Source: a virus | Lineage: Duplodnaviria; Heunggongvirae; Uroviricota; Caudoviricetes | Length of the DNA stretch: 9,527 nucleotides | Virus record (IMG/VR): IMGVR_UViG_2609459864_000003 | Location: 1-9,527 of that record | Strand: one strand, 5' to 3' | Shown: piece after piece, positions 1-6,514 of the stretch | Position numbering within the stretch: position 1 is the first letter of the stretch | How the letters are laid out: each line of letters starts with the position of its first letter | Made by a program: the position numbers and the translations under genes | Notes under the pieces: generated by a model | The model's input: the letters and a program-made list of their open reading frames with translations, nothing else | Database searches by the model: none | Told to the model about the DNA's origin: nothing

Positions 1-224
1 ATGGTCCCGGCATGTGAAGGCGGAAAACCTTCAACCAGCAGGGTGACGCTGTACTGACCATGCTCAACATCCATGCTGTAACGTCCGGCTTCATCCGGAT
101 TTTCAGAGGCCACCGTGTTCACCACCACCGTGCTGCTGGTTCGTCTGGCCTTCAGCACAATGGTGCAGTTCTGTACTGGTTTTCCTGTGCCATCTTTAAG
201 CACGCCAGAAATTTTTACTGTCAT
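1..224 (-). CDS. stf: side tail fibre protein Stf, N-terminal fragment (gene continues beyond window start)
   Basis: Minus-strand ATG at 222-224 opens a frame still open at base 1. Translation MTVKISGVLKDGTGKPVQNCTIVLKARRTSSTVVVNTVASENPDEAGRYSMDVEHGQYSVTLLVEGFPPSHAGT matches my recollection of the lambda Stf (orf-401) N-terminus (MAVKISGVLKDGTGKPVQNCTIQLKA...). It sits directly downstream of lom, as in lambda. Absent from the ORF track because there is no stop inside the window. Confidence 0.7.
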   Translation of the reverse strand, partial: MTVKISGVLKDGTGKPVQNCTIVLKARRTSSTVVVNTVASENPDEAGRYSMDVEHGQYSVTLLVEGFPPSHAGT

Positions 225-238
225 ACTTTTCCACCAAT

Positions 239-270
239 AAAAAAAGCCCGCAGCAGTGACGCCACGGGCT
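239..270 (-). terminator. intrinsic terminator downstream of lom
   Basis: Inverted repeat agcccg (245-250) / cgggct (265-270) with a 14-nt loop. On the minus strand the hairpin is followed by a U7 run (plus-strand A-run 239-245). Lies between the lom stop (376) and the stf start (224). Confidence 0.5.
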
Positions 271-375
271 TCAGGACAGTGTAACTTTACGTTTCCTCAA
301 ACGCAGTTCACCCCATAAGGTGGATGAACCTGCGTATCATAACAATATTTACAGAAGATAAATCGGCGTCTGTTG

Positions 376-975
376 TCAGAAACGGTATCCGATACCAACA
401 ATAAATGCATCCGTTCGCCAGTCGCCACTACCGGAACCTTCATAAGCAAGGTCAATGGTCACGGATTCGGTCGGGTTAAACTGCACGCCAGCCCCCCATG
501 CCAGAGACGTGTTGCTGTGGCGACCGTCATCACTTCCGGTCAGCACATCGTGCGTTTTCCCCTTGTTGTCAGTTACGCGGAGATAATCCCCGGAGAAAGT
601 CGACACACGGCTGTAAGCCATACCCGCCATCGCATACGCGCTGAACCATTCATTCACGCGCACAGACGGCCCCGCCATCACGCTGAACCAGCGGTTACGC
701 ACGGAATCTTCATGCCAGCGGGTATCGCTGTAGTGCGTTTTTTGCTCATCCTCAGCATTGGCATAACTGAAGGACGTAATCAGCCCCAGCGCGTCCGTAA
801 ACTCATAACGGTATTTCACGTTAATCCCGTTCAGATTATCGCTGCCGGGAGCGTTCGTACGGGCATGAAGATACCCCGCGCTCAGTGTGGACTGATGTTC
901 AGACGCCCATGCAGGCGCACCGGATACGGCCAGACAGATGGCTGCGGACAAAATGGCTGCACAAACTTTACGCAT
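376..975 (-). CDS. lom: Lom outer-membrane protein (Ail/Lom/PagC family)
   Basis: 199-aa ORF; MRKVCAAILSAAICLAVSGAPAWASEHQSTLSAGYLHA... is near-identical over its length to lambda Lom as I recall it. Has an N-terminal signal peptide and C-terminal aromatic residue typical of beta-barrel outer-membrane proteins. SD gagagg lies upstream of the ATG at 973-975. Lies immediately downstream of J, as in lambda. Confidence 0.93.
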   Translation of the reverse strand: MRKVCAAILSAAICLAVSGAPAWASEHQSTLSAGYLHARTNAPGSDNLNGINVKYRYEFTDALGLITSFSYANAEDEQKTHYSDTRWHEDSVRNRWFSVMAGPSVRVNEWFSAYAMAGMAYSRVSTFSGDYLRVTDNKGKTHDVLTGSDDGRHSNTSLAWGAGVQFNPTESVTIDLAYEGSGSGDWRTDAFIVGIGYRF

Positions 976-996
976 AATTACCTCTCGCTTTTCTGC

Positions 997-1023
997 AATA
1001 AAAAAGGCGCCATTTCTGGCGCC
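997..1023 (-). terminator. intrinsic terminator between J and lom
   Basis: Perfect 7-bp stem ggcgcca (1006-1012) / tggcgcc (1017-1023) with a 4-nt loop that reads GAAA on the minus strand, followed on the minus strand by UUUUUUAUU (plus A-run 997-1005). Starts about 20 nt after the J stop codon. Confidence 0.65.
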
Positions 1024-1042
1024 CGTATATGGGTTATAAAAT

Positions 1043-4000
1043 TCAGCTGATACTGATGCCTGCGGTGGCTTTCTTCATCACCACAACCAGCAAATCGCTG
1101 ATACTTGCTGTGGGATACCAGTTATTCACCAGCCATGCTGACACCGAAAACTCCAGTGTCATGTGACCGTGACCGGCAGGCATATCAATAACACCACTGT
1201 AAATCAGCGTATTATCCAGCGCGGTACGGTTATAAATTTCAGCACCGTTTTTCCGCACTATCAGACGGCATGAGGAGTAAATATCAGTATGCTCTTTCTC
1301 ATGTTTAGCGCCGCTGAATGCCACCGCCGGAATAACAATCTGCCGGTCAAACGGCTGATCGTCATAAACCCTGACGGTAATGGTCCCTGATGGCCACCGC
1401 TCCGGTGCACGGGAGTCCCGGGGGAAAGCTTTGCCCACTGTTTTAACGAGATCGCCTTCAATCTGGTTGGCGGACAGTTTTCCCAGAACCCGACAGTTTT
1501 CGTTAATCGTGACGTTGTTGAGCGTCCCGGAGTTCGCATTCACGTTACCGCTGATATCGGCATTTTTCGCCGTCAGCCGCCCGTCCGGTGTCAGGGAAAA
1601 TGCCGGAGGATTACCGCCGCTGGTAATGGTGGGAGCCGTCAGGTATTTCAGGAACACTTCGTTCATGAATATCTGATCGCCCTGACCAACAAACATCGGC
1701 TTTGTGTTGCCATTCGCAGGATTAATCATCGCAATCCGGTCAGCAGCCAGAAGCACCTGACTCTGCATACCTGCTGGCGTATTCTCAATACCGGCTCCGA
1801 TACCCGCAATATAAAGGCGTCCGTCCTTCATCTGCTGCAGTTTCACGGCCCACATGCTGTTCAGGTTATTATTTGTATCAACCTGAACTTTCTGTATCTG
1901 CTGGATTGCCGCACTCTGATTTTCCAGTTTTTTATTGACGGTCTGCGTGATTTCATTGCTGACATTCGTAATGGACGTCCTGATTTCAGCCAGATCAGGC
2001 GCAAGCTGACCGTTATCAATCTGTGTCCACAACTCCTGAGCCAGATGGGTTTTCCCTATCTCTCCTTTGAAAAAATCCAGATAGCCGGATGCATCATCAC
2101 TCGGCTGGCCAACAGCCTCCACAAATGCCGATTTGCCAACAGTATTCACACTGCGGATATAAAAATAATAATCATGGCCCGGTTTGATATTGATACTGGC
2201 AGCTATCCAGTACAGCGCCGAGCCAAGATAGCGGGCTGCGGTTTCAACCTGCCTGATATCCGCAATCCGCTTTTCCGAGAACCAGAACTCAAACTGTACC
2301 GTCGGGTCATAAACGGCAAGATGCGGCGTGGCGGGTATCTGAAAATAGCCCGGCGTCAGCTCAATCCGCGACGGTGCTGCCGGTGCGGCAATCCGGAAGG
2401 TGGTGGTGGCAGGTTCACCCTGCTGGCCATAGCTGTTTATCGCCCGCACCGTCAGGGTGTATTCCCCGAGCGGCAGGCCGCTGAAACGGTGCTCCGTGTC
2501 TGCGGTGATGGCGGTGGTCACCAGTCTGGCATCCGTTCCCTTACCACTGGTCAGGCGCAGACTGAAGCGCACACCCTTCACCACCCGCGGCGTGTCCCAT
2601 TTCGCCTGCGCCAGATACTGGCCGTCAGCTGCGCTCACCTCCACCGTCAGGTGCTGCACTGCCGGTGGGATGACGCTGTTCAGGGAACCTGACTGCGGCT
2701 CAAAGCGGGCACCGTTATCCACGATGGCTTCTTTTTCCGGTACGTGCTGCACCGCCGTGATGGCAAAGGTGCCGTCCGTGTTTTCCCGGATGGAGACACA
2801 GCGGAACAGGCGACGGCGCAGTGACGGCAGGGAGAGTCCCCACACCCCGTATGTCTCCACACCATCAGGCAGGGTACTGACCTGTATCCGGTCCGGCGCG
2901 GGGTGTTCGGTGATGTCCACACTCACCGGCTTACCGCTGCCGTTAATCAGGTTCACCGTGGCGGCACCGGTCTCCGGAAGTGTCACTTCACGGTCCAGCG
3001 TCAGGGTGCGGGTGGCAGCATCAATGGACAGGACACGTCCGCCGGTCAGAGTCCCGGCATAGTCGTTATCACAGATTTCAATGATGTCACCGGGTGTGTG
3101 CCGCAGCCCCTGAGACCCGAGCGTGAAATCCACCGTCTGCGTTTCCAGCAGTTCGGTCTTTATCACCCACAGTCCGGCACGGTGGGCCTGACCGCGGCTG
3201 GTACAGCCGAACGCGTCCATCTTCAGCAGGTTGCGTCCGTAGCGCAGTATGGCTTCCGGGTCTTCCACCAGTTCCGTGGAGGTCTGCCAGCCGTTCTGCG
3301 GGTCGGTGTAATTCACCTCCACCGCCGTGTGCCGGTCCTTCAGGGCACTGAAGCTGTAGCGGAATCCCACGCCGTTATCATCCACCACCACATCGCTGTT
3401 GGTGTACGGCCACACCACATCCGACGGGCGGTCCTGAACGAACGTCAGCGTCTGACCGTTCCATACCGGCATACAGCGCATCGCAGAGCAGAAATCACTG
3501 AGAACGTCCCACGCCTTACGCTGTTGTGCCAGGTACGCATTAAAGGTCATCCGCGGCTCTGTCCCCCCGAAACCATCCGGGACCGTCTGGTCGCAGTACT
3601 GCCCGATGGCATACAGCGCCCACTTGTCCACATCCGCCGCCCCCAGACGTTTTCCCATGCCGTAGCGCGGGTGAGTCAGCATGTCCCACAGGCACCAGGC
3701 CGGGTTGTTGCTGTATGCCGGTTTCAGACTGCCGTCCCAGATACCACTGTACGTGCGTTTTTCCGGGTCATAGTTTGACGGCACCTGGATGATGCGACCG
3801 CGGATATGGTAGTTCACCGTCATCTGCTGGCCGCCGAACTGCTCCGCATCCACCTGCAGCCCCACAATGGCCGTGTTCGGGTAATCGAGGCTGAGGGCTT
3901 TCTTAATCTCGTATCCGTGTCTGCGGTAGCACTGAATTAGCCACTCGGCCTGTTCTTCAGTGCATGGGGGATGCTGGAACCAGTCAGATTTGAAAGTGCG

Positions 4001-4072
4001 GGAACGCCGCCCGTGCCTGCTGGCAGGGGCGGCAGAGTTATCCGAATTGTAAAATTTGGTATCGTGCGCCAT
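1043..4072 (-). CDS. J: tail-tip host specificity protein J, N-terminally truncated fragment
   Basis: The track ORF 1043..4201 aligns by eye with lambda J from about ORF residue 107 ([20 protein letters not shown]... versus lambda KQCYPNTALVGVQVDSEQFGSQQ...) through the C-terminus, including the conserved [13 protein letters not shown] and [30 protein letters not shown] blocks. The first ~106 residues do not resemble J. The hok terminator lies at 4141-4170, so I place the plausible start at the internal ATG 4070-4072 ([10 protein letters not shown]...). Roughly 200 N-terminal residues of a full-length J and all upstream tail genes are absent. Confidence 0.85.
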   Translation of the reverse strand: MAHDTKFYNSDNSAAPASRHGRRSRTFKSDWFQHPPCTEEQAEWLIQCYRRHGYEIKKALSLDYPNTAIVGLQVDAEQFGGQQMTVNYHIRGRIIQVPSNYDPEKRTYSGIWDGSLKPAYSNNPAWCLWDMLTHPRYGMGKRLGAADVDKWALYAIGQYCDQTVPDGFGGTEPRMTFNAYLAQQRKAWDVLSDFCSAMRCMPVWNGQTLTFVQDRPSDVVWPYTNSDVVVDDNGVGFRYSFSALKDRHTAVEVNYTDPQNGWQTSTELVEDPEAILRYGRNLLKMDAFGCTSRGQAHRAGLWVIKTELLETQTVDFTLGSQGLRHTPGDIIEICDNDYAGTLTGGRVLSIDAATRTLTLDREVTLPETGAATVNLINGSGKPVSVDITEHPAPDRIQVSTLPDGVETYGVWGLSLPSLRRRLFRCVSIRENTDGTFAITAVQHVPEKEAIVDNGARFEPQSGSLNSVIPPAVQHLTVEVSAADGQYLAQAKWDTPRVVKGVRFSLRLTSGKGTDARLVTTAITADTEHRFSGLPLGEYTLTVRAINSYGQQGEPATTTFRIAAPAAPSRIELTPGYFQIPATPHLAVYDPTVQFEFWFSEKRIADIRQVETAARYLGSALYWIAASINIKPGHDYYFYIRSVNTVGKSAFVEAVGQPSDDASGYLDFFKGEIGKTHLAQELWTQIDNGQLAPDLAEIRTSITNVSNEITQTVNKKLENQSAAIQQIQKVQVDTNNNLNSMWAVKLQQMKDGRLYIAGIGAGIENTPAGMQSQVLLAADRIAMINPANGNTKPMFVGQGDQIFMNEVFLKYLTAPTITSGGNPPAFSLTPDGRLTAKNADISGNVNANSGTLNNVTINENCRVLGKLSANQIEGDLVKTVGKAFPRDSRAPERWPSGTITVRVYDDQPFDRQIVIPAVAFSGAKHEKEHTDIYSSCRLIVRKNGAEIYNRTALDNTLIYSGVIDMPAGHGHMTLEFSVSAWLVNNWYPTASISDLLVVVMKKATAGISIS

Positions 4073-4140
4073 CTGTTTTCTCTGCTGGCGCAGCAGGTGC
4101 CAGTTGTTCAGGCTGACGGATGGATTGTAAACCAGAACGA

Positions 4141-4170
4141 CCAGAAAAAACAAAACCCGCCGAAGCGGGT
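4141..4170 (-). terminator. hok mRNA intrinsic terminator
   Basis: Stem aacccgc (4153-4159) / gcgggtt (4164-4170) with a 4-nt loop, followed on the minus strand by UUUUGUUUUUUCUGG (plus 4141-4152). Lies about 70 nt downstream of the hok stop. Confidence 0.6.
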
Positions 4171-4239
4171 TAAGTGCGGGTGCGTTGAGGATGCCTGACA
4201 CATCAGCGGTGGCGAGGGATTTCTCCCCCGCCGGGTCTC

Positions 4240-4395
4240 TTACTCCTCAGGTTCGTAAGCTGTGAAGACAGCGACCTCCGTCTGGCCGGTTCGGATTCGT
4301 ACCTCGCAGAGGTCTTTCCTCGTTACCAGTGCCGTCACTATGACGGTTAAACAGATGACGATCAGGGCGATTAACATCGCCTTTTGCTGCTTCAT
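4240..4395 (-). CDS. hok: Hok/Gef family type I toxin (51 aa; HokD/RelF-like or HokC/Gef-like)
   Basis: My own translation of the minus strand gives [51 protein letters not shown]: a single transmembrane helix plus the conserved RKDLCE and VAVF(T/M)AYE motifs of Hok/Gef proteins. SD ggaga lies upstream of the ATG at 4393-4395. Below the 60-aa cutoff of the ORF track. Confidence 0.93.
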   Translation of the reverse strand: MKQQKAMLIALIVICLTVIVTALVTRKDLCEVRIRTGQTEVAVFTAYEPEE

Positions 4396-4451
4396 AGCCT
4401 GCTTCTCCTTGACCTTTCGGTCCGTAAGAGGCTAATCTCTATGTGTCGCAT
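4392..4451 (-). CDS. mok: mok-like leader ORF (19 codons) translationally coupled to hok
   Basis: Minus-strand ATG at 4449-4451 opens [19 protein letters not shown]; its stop TGA overlaps the hok ATG (AUGA). The position matches the mok reading frame of plasmid R1 hok/sok, though it is much shorter here. Confidence 0.4.
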   Translation of the reverse strand: MRHIEISLLRTERSRRSRL

Positions 4452-4510
4452 AGATATGGCCTCAGATTAATGTTAAGCGTCTTGCAGGACGCGTAATGTT
4501 AACTGGGGCT
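4440..4510 (+). ncRNA. sok: putative Sok-like antisense RNA; ends approximate
   Basis: Plus-strand promoter-like hexamers TTGACC (4409-4414) and TAATCT (4433-4438) with an 18-bp spacer, pointing opposite to hok. The transcript would be antisense to the mok start region of the hok leader, as in known hok/sok loci. A hairpin gcgtct-tgca-ggacgc sits at 4478-4493. Exact 5' and 3' ends cannot be fixed from sequence. Confidence 0.35.
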
Positions 4511-4570
4511 TTTCTCTATCTGCCTTTTGGTGTTCATGCCTGAGACAGATAGCCTCAAGCACCCGCAGTC

Positions 4571-4599
4571 ATTCTACTTAACTAAGATTTCCCCGCAAA
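4571..4599 (-). promoter_or_regulatory. putative hok promoter
   Basis: Read on the minus strand: -35 TTTGCG (plus 4594-4599), 17-nt spacer, -10 TAGAAT (plus 4571-4576). It sits just upstream of the gcttgaggct 5' motif that aligns with the 5' end of R1 hok mRNA as I recall it. Confidence 0.4.
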
Positions 4600-4653
4600 C
4601 CGTTTTTGTCCGGCACAGTAAATATCCAACTAAACCAATGGCGTTCGCTGTAT

Positions 4654-4833
4654 TTACCGCCAGTATTCAATGCACATGACCGCCATGAACACCCCTAAAA
4701 AAAGGGCATTTATATATCCAAATATTAATATCAAAACATCAACTTTTTCCATATACCTTGCTGTGAAGATGATGGGCATACATGATACGAACAACCAGAA
4801 CGCAACAAACAAAAACTGCAATGCGTTTTTCAT
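4654..4833 (-). CDS. hypothetical small membrane protein (59 aa, two predicted hydrophobic helices)
   Basis: Internal ATG (4831-4833) of track ORF 4654..4872 is preceded by a strong SD aggagg. Product MKNALQFLFVAFWLFVSCMPIIFTARYMEKVDVLILIFGYINALFLGVFMAVMCIEYWR is dominated by two hydrophobic segments. Lies in a markedly AT-rich stretch (about 4680-4980). Confidence 0.5.
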   Translation of the reverse strand: MKNALQFLFVAFWLFVSCMPIIFTARYMEKVDVLILIFGYINALFLGVFMAVMCIEYWR

Positions 4834-5062
4834 TATTCCTCCTACAATCAATGTGCAATTACATTTAAACACACCTCAATTTGGCCGGACATATAAATAT
4901 CTAAACCAGAAAAAATCACTTACATAGCGTTACAAACTCTTTAGTCTAAATATTCATCGTAAAACATTCCCCATACTTATCAGCCCGTTCTGCGCCAGGT
5001 AGCTCATTGCCTTATCTGGGAATCTGTAATCAGGTTTCCGGATGCTGGTGGATTTTCGCGTT

Positions 5063-5320
5063 TTAGTTGTTCATAAAAGTGCACAGCTTTAACCAGTTCT
5101 TCTGATGTAACCGGGACTGGCGGGGCAGTGAATAAGGCCTGAATTTCATAGTTCGGCCTGTCGTTACAATCCTCTTTTTTCGGTACATATTTCCAGTCAC
5201 CAGACCACTACTTCCCCTGAAAGTCCGTAACGCCTTTTTTTTCACGTAGCGATATCGCCATGCCACTGTTTTTGCTTGCCCCGCCGTTTCATGCCCTTCC
5301 TGATAATTAACCTCGCTCAT
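5063..5320 (-). CDS. hypothetical ORF with Ea22-like start (MSEVNYQ...), possibly a frameshifted pseudogene
   Basis: ATG 5318-5320 overlaps the stop of the upstream 58-aa ORF (ATGA). The first codons agcgaggttaattatcag resemble the ea22-like start at 8185 (agcgaaattaattaccag). After homopolymer runs (A8 on the coding strand = plus T-run 5227-5234; A6 = plus 5171-5176) the product becomes an implausible K/R-rich string, while another frame carries a more protein-like open stretch ending at 5004. Confidence 0.3.
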   Translation of the reverse strand: MSEVNYQEGHETAGQAKTVAWRYRYVKKKALRTFRGSSGLVTGNMYRKKRIVTTGRTMKFRPYSLPRQSRLHQKNWLKLCTFMNN

Positions 5321-5493
5321 TCATCGCCCCACTCATCACAATATGCTTCGACCGGAGTTTTTCCTGCTTCATAATCATCACGCCATGCTTCAGCATCAGC
5401 AGCACTGCCACCACGTAACTCTGCATAGTCCATTAACAGTTCATGCCATGCTTCAAAACTGACGTTGTATTTAGTTGAACCAAAATCAGCCAT
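5317..5493 (-). CDS. hypothetical small acidic protein (58 aa)
   Basis: Not in the track (below 60 aa). ATG 5491-5493 overlaps the stop of the upstream ORF (ATGGCTGA). Translation MADFGSTKYNVSFEAWHELLMDYAELRGGSAADAEAWRDDYEAGKTPVEAYCDEWGDE. The stop overlaps the next start. Confidence 0.5.
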   Translation of the reverse strand: MADFGSTKYNVSFEAWHELLMDYAELRGGSAADAEAWRDDYEAGKTPVEAYCDEWGDE

Positions 5494-5668
5494 TTTGCTC
5501 TTCCTCTTCGTCTTTTATTTCGTGATATGAGTAATTGCAGTAGTTAAAGAAAATATCTTTTGCTTCGTCATGTATTTCATCAGGCGTCGCATCATCATCC
5601 ACTTCGAATTCATCCTCGAAATCTCCACCGGCTATTCCCGTTTCAATAATTATTTTAAACTTTCGCAT
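5486..5668 (-). CDS. hypothetical small highly acidic protein (60 aa)
   Basis: Track ORF; MRKFKIIIETGIAGGDFEDEFEVDDDATPDEIHDEAKDIFFNYCNYSYHEIKDEEEEQNG, about 40 percent D/E. An SD AGGAGG is present, but it is separated from the ATG by a GC hairpin (see the regulatory feature at 5676-5697). Confidence 0.55.
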   Translation of the reverse strand: MRKFKIIIETGIAGGDFEDEFEVDDDATPDEIHDEAKDIFFNYCNYSYHEIKDEEEEQNG

Positions 5669-5675
5669 TTAACTA

Positions 5676-5697
5676 CCGCCCTTTCGGGCGGCCTCCT
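5676..5697 (-). promoter_or_regulatory. SD-hairpin-AUG translation initiation structure
   Basis: Minus strand reads AGGAGG (plus 5692-5697), then hairpin ccgccc-GAAA-gggcgg (plus 5676-5691), then uaguuaa, then AUG (plus 5666-5668). Linear SD-to-AUG distance is 23 nt; folding the GNRA hairpin would bring them into normal spacing. Confidence 0.4.
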
Positions 5698-5761
5698 GAT
5701 GTTCTGATGGTGCAGAAATCCCTCCGGTTAAGGATTAAATTTTTAACAGAGCTAAATTTAA

Positions 5762-6118
5762 TTATTCAGTTCTGGATTTTGTCGCCCTGCGTATCCGCGC
5801 TTTCGCGTTACGCTCAATCTGAATTAGCTTTTCTATATTTTTTCGCCTTTCCCGCTCCTCCTGGCGCAAGTGCCTTACATCATCTGCCAGTCTGGTTTCT
5901 CTTTTCGCCACAGAGAGCATCCAGTCAAATGGTTCCACAACTGCACCGCAGATTTTACAGCGGACCTGACGCTCTTTTTCGTCAACCCGGACAGAGGCGT
6001 GATGACAATATGGTCTTTCCGATGGCTCATAAAGAAAATTAACCTGATTACGAGGGTCATCCTCTTTTACCGGAAATAAAACGATATTGCTTAACTCATC
6101 CTCTGGTTTTATTTCCAT
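5762..6118 (-). CDS. hypothetical protein with putative zinc-ribbon (C-HH ... C-x2-C) and basic coiled-coil C-terminus (118 aa)
   Basis: Internal ATG 6116-6118 of track ORF 5762..6175 has SD aaggagagg; the track start at 6175 is a GTG inside the upstream scar. Product MEIKPEDELSNIVLFPVKEDD...PYCHHASVRVDEKERQVRCKICGAVV... followed by an R/K/E-rich tail. Confidence 0.6.
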   Translation of the reverse strand: MEIKPEDELSNIVLFPVKEDDPRNQVNFLYEPSERPYCHHASVRVDEKERQVRCKICGAVVEPFDWMLSVAKRETRLADDVRHLRQEERERRKNIEKLIQIERNAKARIRRATKSRTE

Positions 6119-6239
6119 GCTCCTCTCCTTTGATGCGAATGCCAGCGGTAATTGAAGCCTGATAGCTAATTTCACTCACAGTACCGCCTCCTGAAAATTT
6201 AATGAACAATTCAATACGTTCTTTGGTAATAGTGGTCAT
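6096..6239 (-). pseudogene. deletion scar: chimeric 47-codon ORF built from gene-start and gene-end fragments
   Basis: ATG 6237-6239 with SD aaggag. Product MTTITKERIELFIKFSGGG-TVSEISYQASITAGIRIKGE-EHGNKTRG. Its first codons match the start of the 135-aa gene at 6922 (MITITKG...). An internal aggaggcggtact-GTG-agtgaaattagctatcag copies the RBS and start of the ea22-like gene at 8185, fused directly to a copy of the ea22-like 3' end (AGIRIKGE). Confidence 0.4.
6123..6148. repeat. 26-bp gene-boundary repeat, copy 1 (ctctcctttgatgcgaatgccagcgg)
   Basis: Exact 26-nt identity with 7438-7463. Here it lies inside the scar, read in a different frame relative to the next start codon because of a 1-nt indel just outside the repeat. 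Confidence 0.8.
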
Positions 6240-6249
6240 GTGTTACTCC

Positions 6250-6513
6250 TTAACCCGCAGTGCTTTCAACTGATGAGGGGAACAAAATCTTTTCATCAAA
6301 CCCTGCATTCATATCATGAACAGCAACACACCAATCCATCGACGAACGATTATCAAGAGCCTCCATGATTTCATCCATGCGGCGCAGGTCATACAGGTAA
6401 ATGCTTTTATCGCCAATGGTGTAAAAACCAATTTTTTTCGGTGATGGGCAGCGATCAAGAACGTCCTGTAATTCGTTCAACCATGCCCGTTCTTTTTTTG
6501 TTAAAGTTGCCAT
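6250..6513 (-). CDS. hypothetical protein (87 aa)
   Basis: Internal ATG 6511-6513 of track ORF 6250..6573, preceded by SD aaggagag within the conserved junction gccatatcactctccttt (6509-6526). Product MATLTKKERAWLNELQDVLDRCPSPKKIGFYTIGDKSIYLYDLRRMDEIMEALDNRSSMDWCVAVHDMNAGFDEKILFPSSVESTAG. Confidence 0.6.
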   Translation of the reverse strand: MATLTKKERAWLNELQDVLDRCPSPKKIGFYTIGDKSIYLYDLRRMDEIMEALDNRSSMDWCVAVHDMNAGFDEKILFPSSVESTAG

Positions 6514-6514
6514 A

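Noticed and set aside
60-284. 74-aa plus-strand ORF
   Set aside because: Antisense to the stf N-terminus and spans the lom terminator hairpin; composition (H/R-rich) is typical of a spurious antisense frame.
373-1050. 225-aa plus-strand ORF
   Set aside because: Entirely antisense to lom and the J-lom terminator. Lom on the minus strand has a clear homolog, signal peptide and RBS, whereas this product is R/H/C-rich with no RBS.
2045-3778. Plus-strand ORFs 2045..2692, 2457..3062 and 2903..3778, plus minus-strand 2680..2922 and 1261..1539
   Set aside because: All lie inside the J coding region in other frames or on the other strand. They are R/P/G-rich shadows of the GC-rich J gene; J itself is supported by strong similarity to lambda J.
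4073-4201. First 43 codons of the track's J ORF, and plus-strand ORF 3971..4198
   Set aside because: This stretch contains the hok intrinsic terminator and fbi element on the same strand. It is hok 3' UTR, not J coding sequence.
4670-4927. 85-aa plus-strand ORF in the AT-rich islet
   Set aside because: Antisense to the 59-aa membrane-protein gene, which has a strong SD; no RBS, and a low-complexity N/K/T-rich product typical of AT-rich noise.
5044-5051. Chi site GCTGGTGG on the plus strand
   Set aside because: A single Chi octamer is expected by chance at about this density in E. coli-like DNA; nothing suggests a special role here.
5707-6079. Plus-strand ORFs 5707..6042 and 5870..6079, and minus-strand 5875..6060
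   Set aside because: They overlap the minus-strand zinc-ribbon gene in other frames or strands, without RBS; that gene has an SD and sits in a coupled operon.
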